Of a DNA stretch of 64,000 nt, positions 61,983 through 64,000 are shown in pieces. The stretch covers positions 263,413-327,412 of the forward strand of contig CAWDML010000004.1 of the NCBI GenBank assembly GCA_963803435.1, given 5' to 3'. Position numbers and translations under genes: made by a program. Within the stretch, counting starts at the first letter, position 1. Each line of letters opens with the position of its first letter. The DNA is from an uncultured delta proteobacterium. GTDB lineage: Bacteria > Myxococcota > Kuafuiibacteriia > Kuafuiibacteriales > Kuafuiibacteriaceae. The notes below the pieces were generated by a model, which saw nothing but the letters and a program-made list of their open reading frames with translations, was not told the origin of the DNA and did not search any database.

Positions 61983-63377
61983 TCATTTCCCACGCCCCTC
62001 ACCCCGCGCCTCATCGAGGCGCTTCAGCAGTCTAGCCAGCTCTTCCGGATTGGGCAGCCGGCCGCTCCGACTTTTCACACTCTCGAGGTCCGATGCGGCG
62101 AGATCCAGCTGGTGGAGCTCCAGCGCGCAGCTGGCCCTGAACAGACGCACCCGGTCGTCGAACAAAGACGTCCCACCGAACACCATCGCCTGGCCGTAGT
62201 GCGGGATCGCGCGCGCACAGTCGCCCAGCTGGGTGTGGTGGATCGTCGCGAGGAGAAAGTGGATCTGCCGCTTCTCTTCGTCGGATTGGGGTCGTTTCAG
62301 CCGCGCTTCGCACGCTTCGATGGCCTCGTTCGCCCGCTGGGTGGCGATGAGGGCTTCACAAAGCAAGACCTCGGCCATCCGGCCTTCGGCTCGATCGGGC
62401 GCTTCCGCCACGACCTTGCGGGCGAGGTCGATCGCCGCCGGGAGATCGCGCCGCTCGTAGTACGCGAGCGCGGCCTGGAGCCAGTCGCGCTTCACCGGAT
62501 CCGCCTCTTCGAGCACCACCTGAACGCTCGTCTGGCCCTCCGTGCTCTCGCGGACGTCGGGCGGGGGCGGGCGCCTCACTGGCCGATCGGCCGGTTTGGC
62601 GGCGGGCTTGGCCTTGGAGATGGGCTCGACGGGCGCGCGCTTCTTCGCGGCCCGGGCTTGCACGGTGCGGCGCTCGCCCGCCTTGACCACCGTCCCCTCC
62701 ACGAAGCCGCGCCCGCGCACGGCCACCTCGCCGTCGCGCGCCTCCACGAAGTAACTGTCCGCCTGGTAGCCGACGCTGAAGTCCTTGCTCGAGGCCGCCG
62801 CCACGTACGCGGGGGTCCGGACCATGACGGCGGCGCCCCCGTCGTAGGACGGCTCGGGCGAGTGGACGTCGAGCTGCCCCACCTGGAGCTGGAGCTCGAG
62901 CGGTCGGGCCGCCGGCGATCGCACGGTCACCTCGCTCGACTCCGAGAGGTGGAGCGAAGCCCCGGAGGCGAGCGTCACGTCGAGCGGCGCGGATCCGCTG
63001 GCCAGGACCTGCGGCCCGGCGTTGGGATGCTCGACGGTCGCGGTCTTGTGATCGAGCAGCACCAGCGTCGCGATCACGGCGGCCGCGGCGATCCCGATCG
63101 GCATCCACACGCCGCCGCGGCGCTCCCTCTCCGGAGTCGGTCGGCTCAGCTCCGCATGCACGCGCTGCTGCAGGCGCTTCCAGGTCAGGTCGTTGGGCTC
63201 GACGGGGGCCGTGTCGGCCAGGAGCCCGCGCATCGCCCGCACCTTCTCGAGGCGCGCGCGATTCCCGGGATCGGATTCGAGGGCGGCTTCGACCTCGGCG
63301 TGCTCGGCCGGCTCCAGCTCGCCGGCGGCATACGCGTGGAGTCGCTCGAACGGCAGCAATTCGGGTCGCCGGCCCAC
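61983..63377 (-). CDS. Anti-sigma-like membrane protein (N-terminal anti-sigma domain, TM, FecR-like, TPR)
   Basis: LHAYAAGEL...E...VEAAL N-terminus, single TM, FecR-like L..G..L.L...S.V...G...V, C-terminal TPR. Confidence 0.72.
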   Translation of the reverse strand: MGRRPELLPFERLHAYAAGELEPAEHAEVEAALESDPGNRARLEKVRAMRGLLADTAPVEPNDLTWKRLQQRVHAELSRPTPERERRGGVWMPIGIAAAAVIATLVLLDHKTATVEHPNAGPQVLASGSAPLDVTLASGASLHLSESSEVTVRSPAARPLELQLQVGQLDVHSPEPSYDGGAAVMVRTPAYVAAASSKDFSVGYQADSYFVEARDGEVAVRGRGFVEGTVVKAGERRTVQARAAKKRAPVEPISKAKPAAKPADRPVRRPPPPDVRESTEGQTSVQVVLEEADPVKRDWLQAALAYYERRDLPAAIDLARKVVAEAPDRAEGRMAEVLLCEALIATQRANEAIEACEARLKRPQSDEEKRQIHFLLATIHHTQLGDCARAIPHYGQAMVFGGTSLFDDRVRLFRASCALELHQLDLAASDLESVKSRSGRLPNPEELARLLKRLDEARGEGRGK

Positions 63378-63460
63378 ATCTCCAATGTGCCGGCCTCACG
63401 AGGCGGTATTCAACCCGCGCGCCTTGACTGGCAGGCCGCCGTGAGACTTGCTTCCCCGCG

Positions 63461-64000
63461 ATGAACGTCGTCGAGACGGAGATCGCGGATGTCCGGTTGA
63501 TCGAGCCGAAGGTGTTCGGTGATCACCGCGGATTCTTCCTCGAGACGTACCACCGCAAGCGCTATCGGGAGGCGGGAATCACTGCGGATTTCGTACAGGA
63601 CAATCATTCGCGCTCCCGCCGCGGCATCCTGCGCGGGCTCCACTATCAGCGCCGCCACCCGCAGGGGAAACTCGTGTGGTGCATTCTGGGCGCGATCTAC
63701 GACGTCGCGGTCGATCTGCGCCCTGGGTCCACCCAGTTTGGAAAGTGGGTGGGTGCGCACCTGTCCTCCGAGAACAAGAAGCAGCTGTGGATCCCACCCG
63801 GCTTCGCGCACGGCTTCTGCGTCACCAGCGAGCACGCCGAGGTCATCTACAAGTGCACCGACCTCTACGATCCCGCAGACGAGGGCGGCATCGTCTGGAA
63901 CGATCCGACGCTCGCGATCGACTGGCCGATCACCGATCCGATCCTGAGCGAGAAGGACGCGGCGCTGCCGCTGCTCGAGAACGCCAAGCTTAGCAATACA
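63461..64000 (+). CDS. rmlC: dTDP-4-dehydrorhamnose 3,5-epimerase (runs off the window end)
   Basis: Translated by hand: [65 protein letters not shown]. Confidence 0.95.
   Translation, partial: MNVVETEIADVRLIEPKVFGDHRGFFLETYHRKRYREAGITADFVQDNHSRSRRGILRGLHYQRRHPQGKLVWCILGAIYDVAVDLRPGSTQFGKWVGAHLSSENKKQLWIPPGFAHGFCVTSEHAEVIYKCTDLYDPADEGGIVWNDPTLAIDWPITDPILSEKDAALPLLENAKLSNT

Noticed and set aside
1-64000. tRNA, rRNA or riboswitch
   Set aside because: None recognised by eye. Intergenic gaps are short; a covariance-model scan would be needed to exclude them.

Overview
GC-rich bacterial DNA whose gene content looks myxobacterial (Myxococcota-like; inference). Almost the whole window is one Wzx/Wzy-dependent surface or exopolysaccharide locus. 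Export and assembly: Wzy/ligase-TPR, Wzc, Wzx, a second Wzy, a short OPX plus outer-membrane beta-barrel, a priming transferase and several GTs. Sugar supply: rmlABCD, a PglF-like dehydratase, WecB and neuABC-type nonulosonate genes. Tailoring is unusually rich: three sulfotransferases with dedicated APS kinase, PAP phosphatase and SLC13 transporter, plus a carbamoyltransferase, a methyltransferase and two GNATs. Two modules stand out. (1) An ACP / PP-loop ATPase / FabD-like / AsnB-like / GNAT cassette coupled to neuB and divergent from a PIG-L deacetylase; it resembles the malonamyl-ACP starter unit of glutarimide polyketides, but no PKS is present. (2) A HAD / GatZ-like epimerase / cupin-nucleotidyltransferase-kinase fusion / SdhL-like cassette in front of two GTs, suggesting an undescribed activated-sugar pathway. 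The left edge is the end of an IS21 element inserted in a lipoprotein gene. Many genes carry frameshifts, densest at about 20.2-25.3 kb, probably long-read indel errors, so those boundaries are approximate. All calls come from reading motifs by eye; no searches were run.
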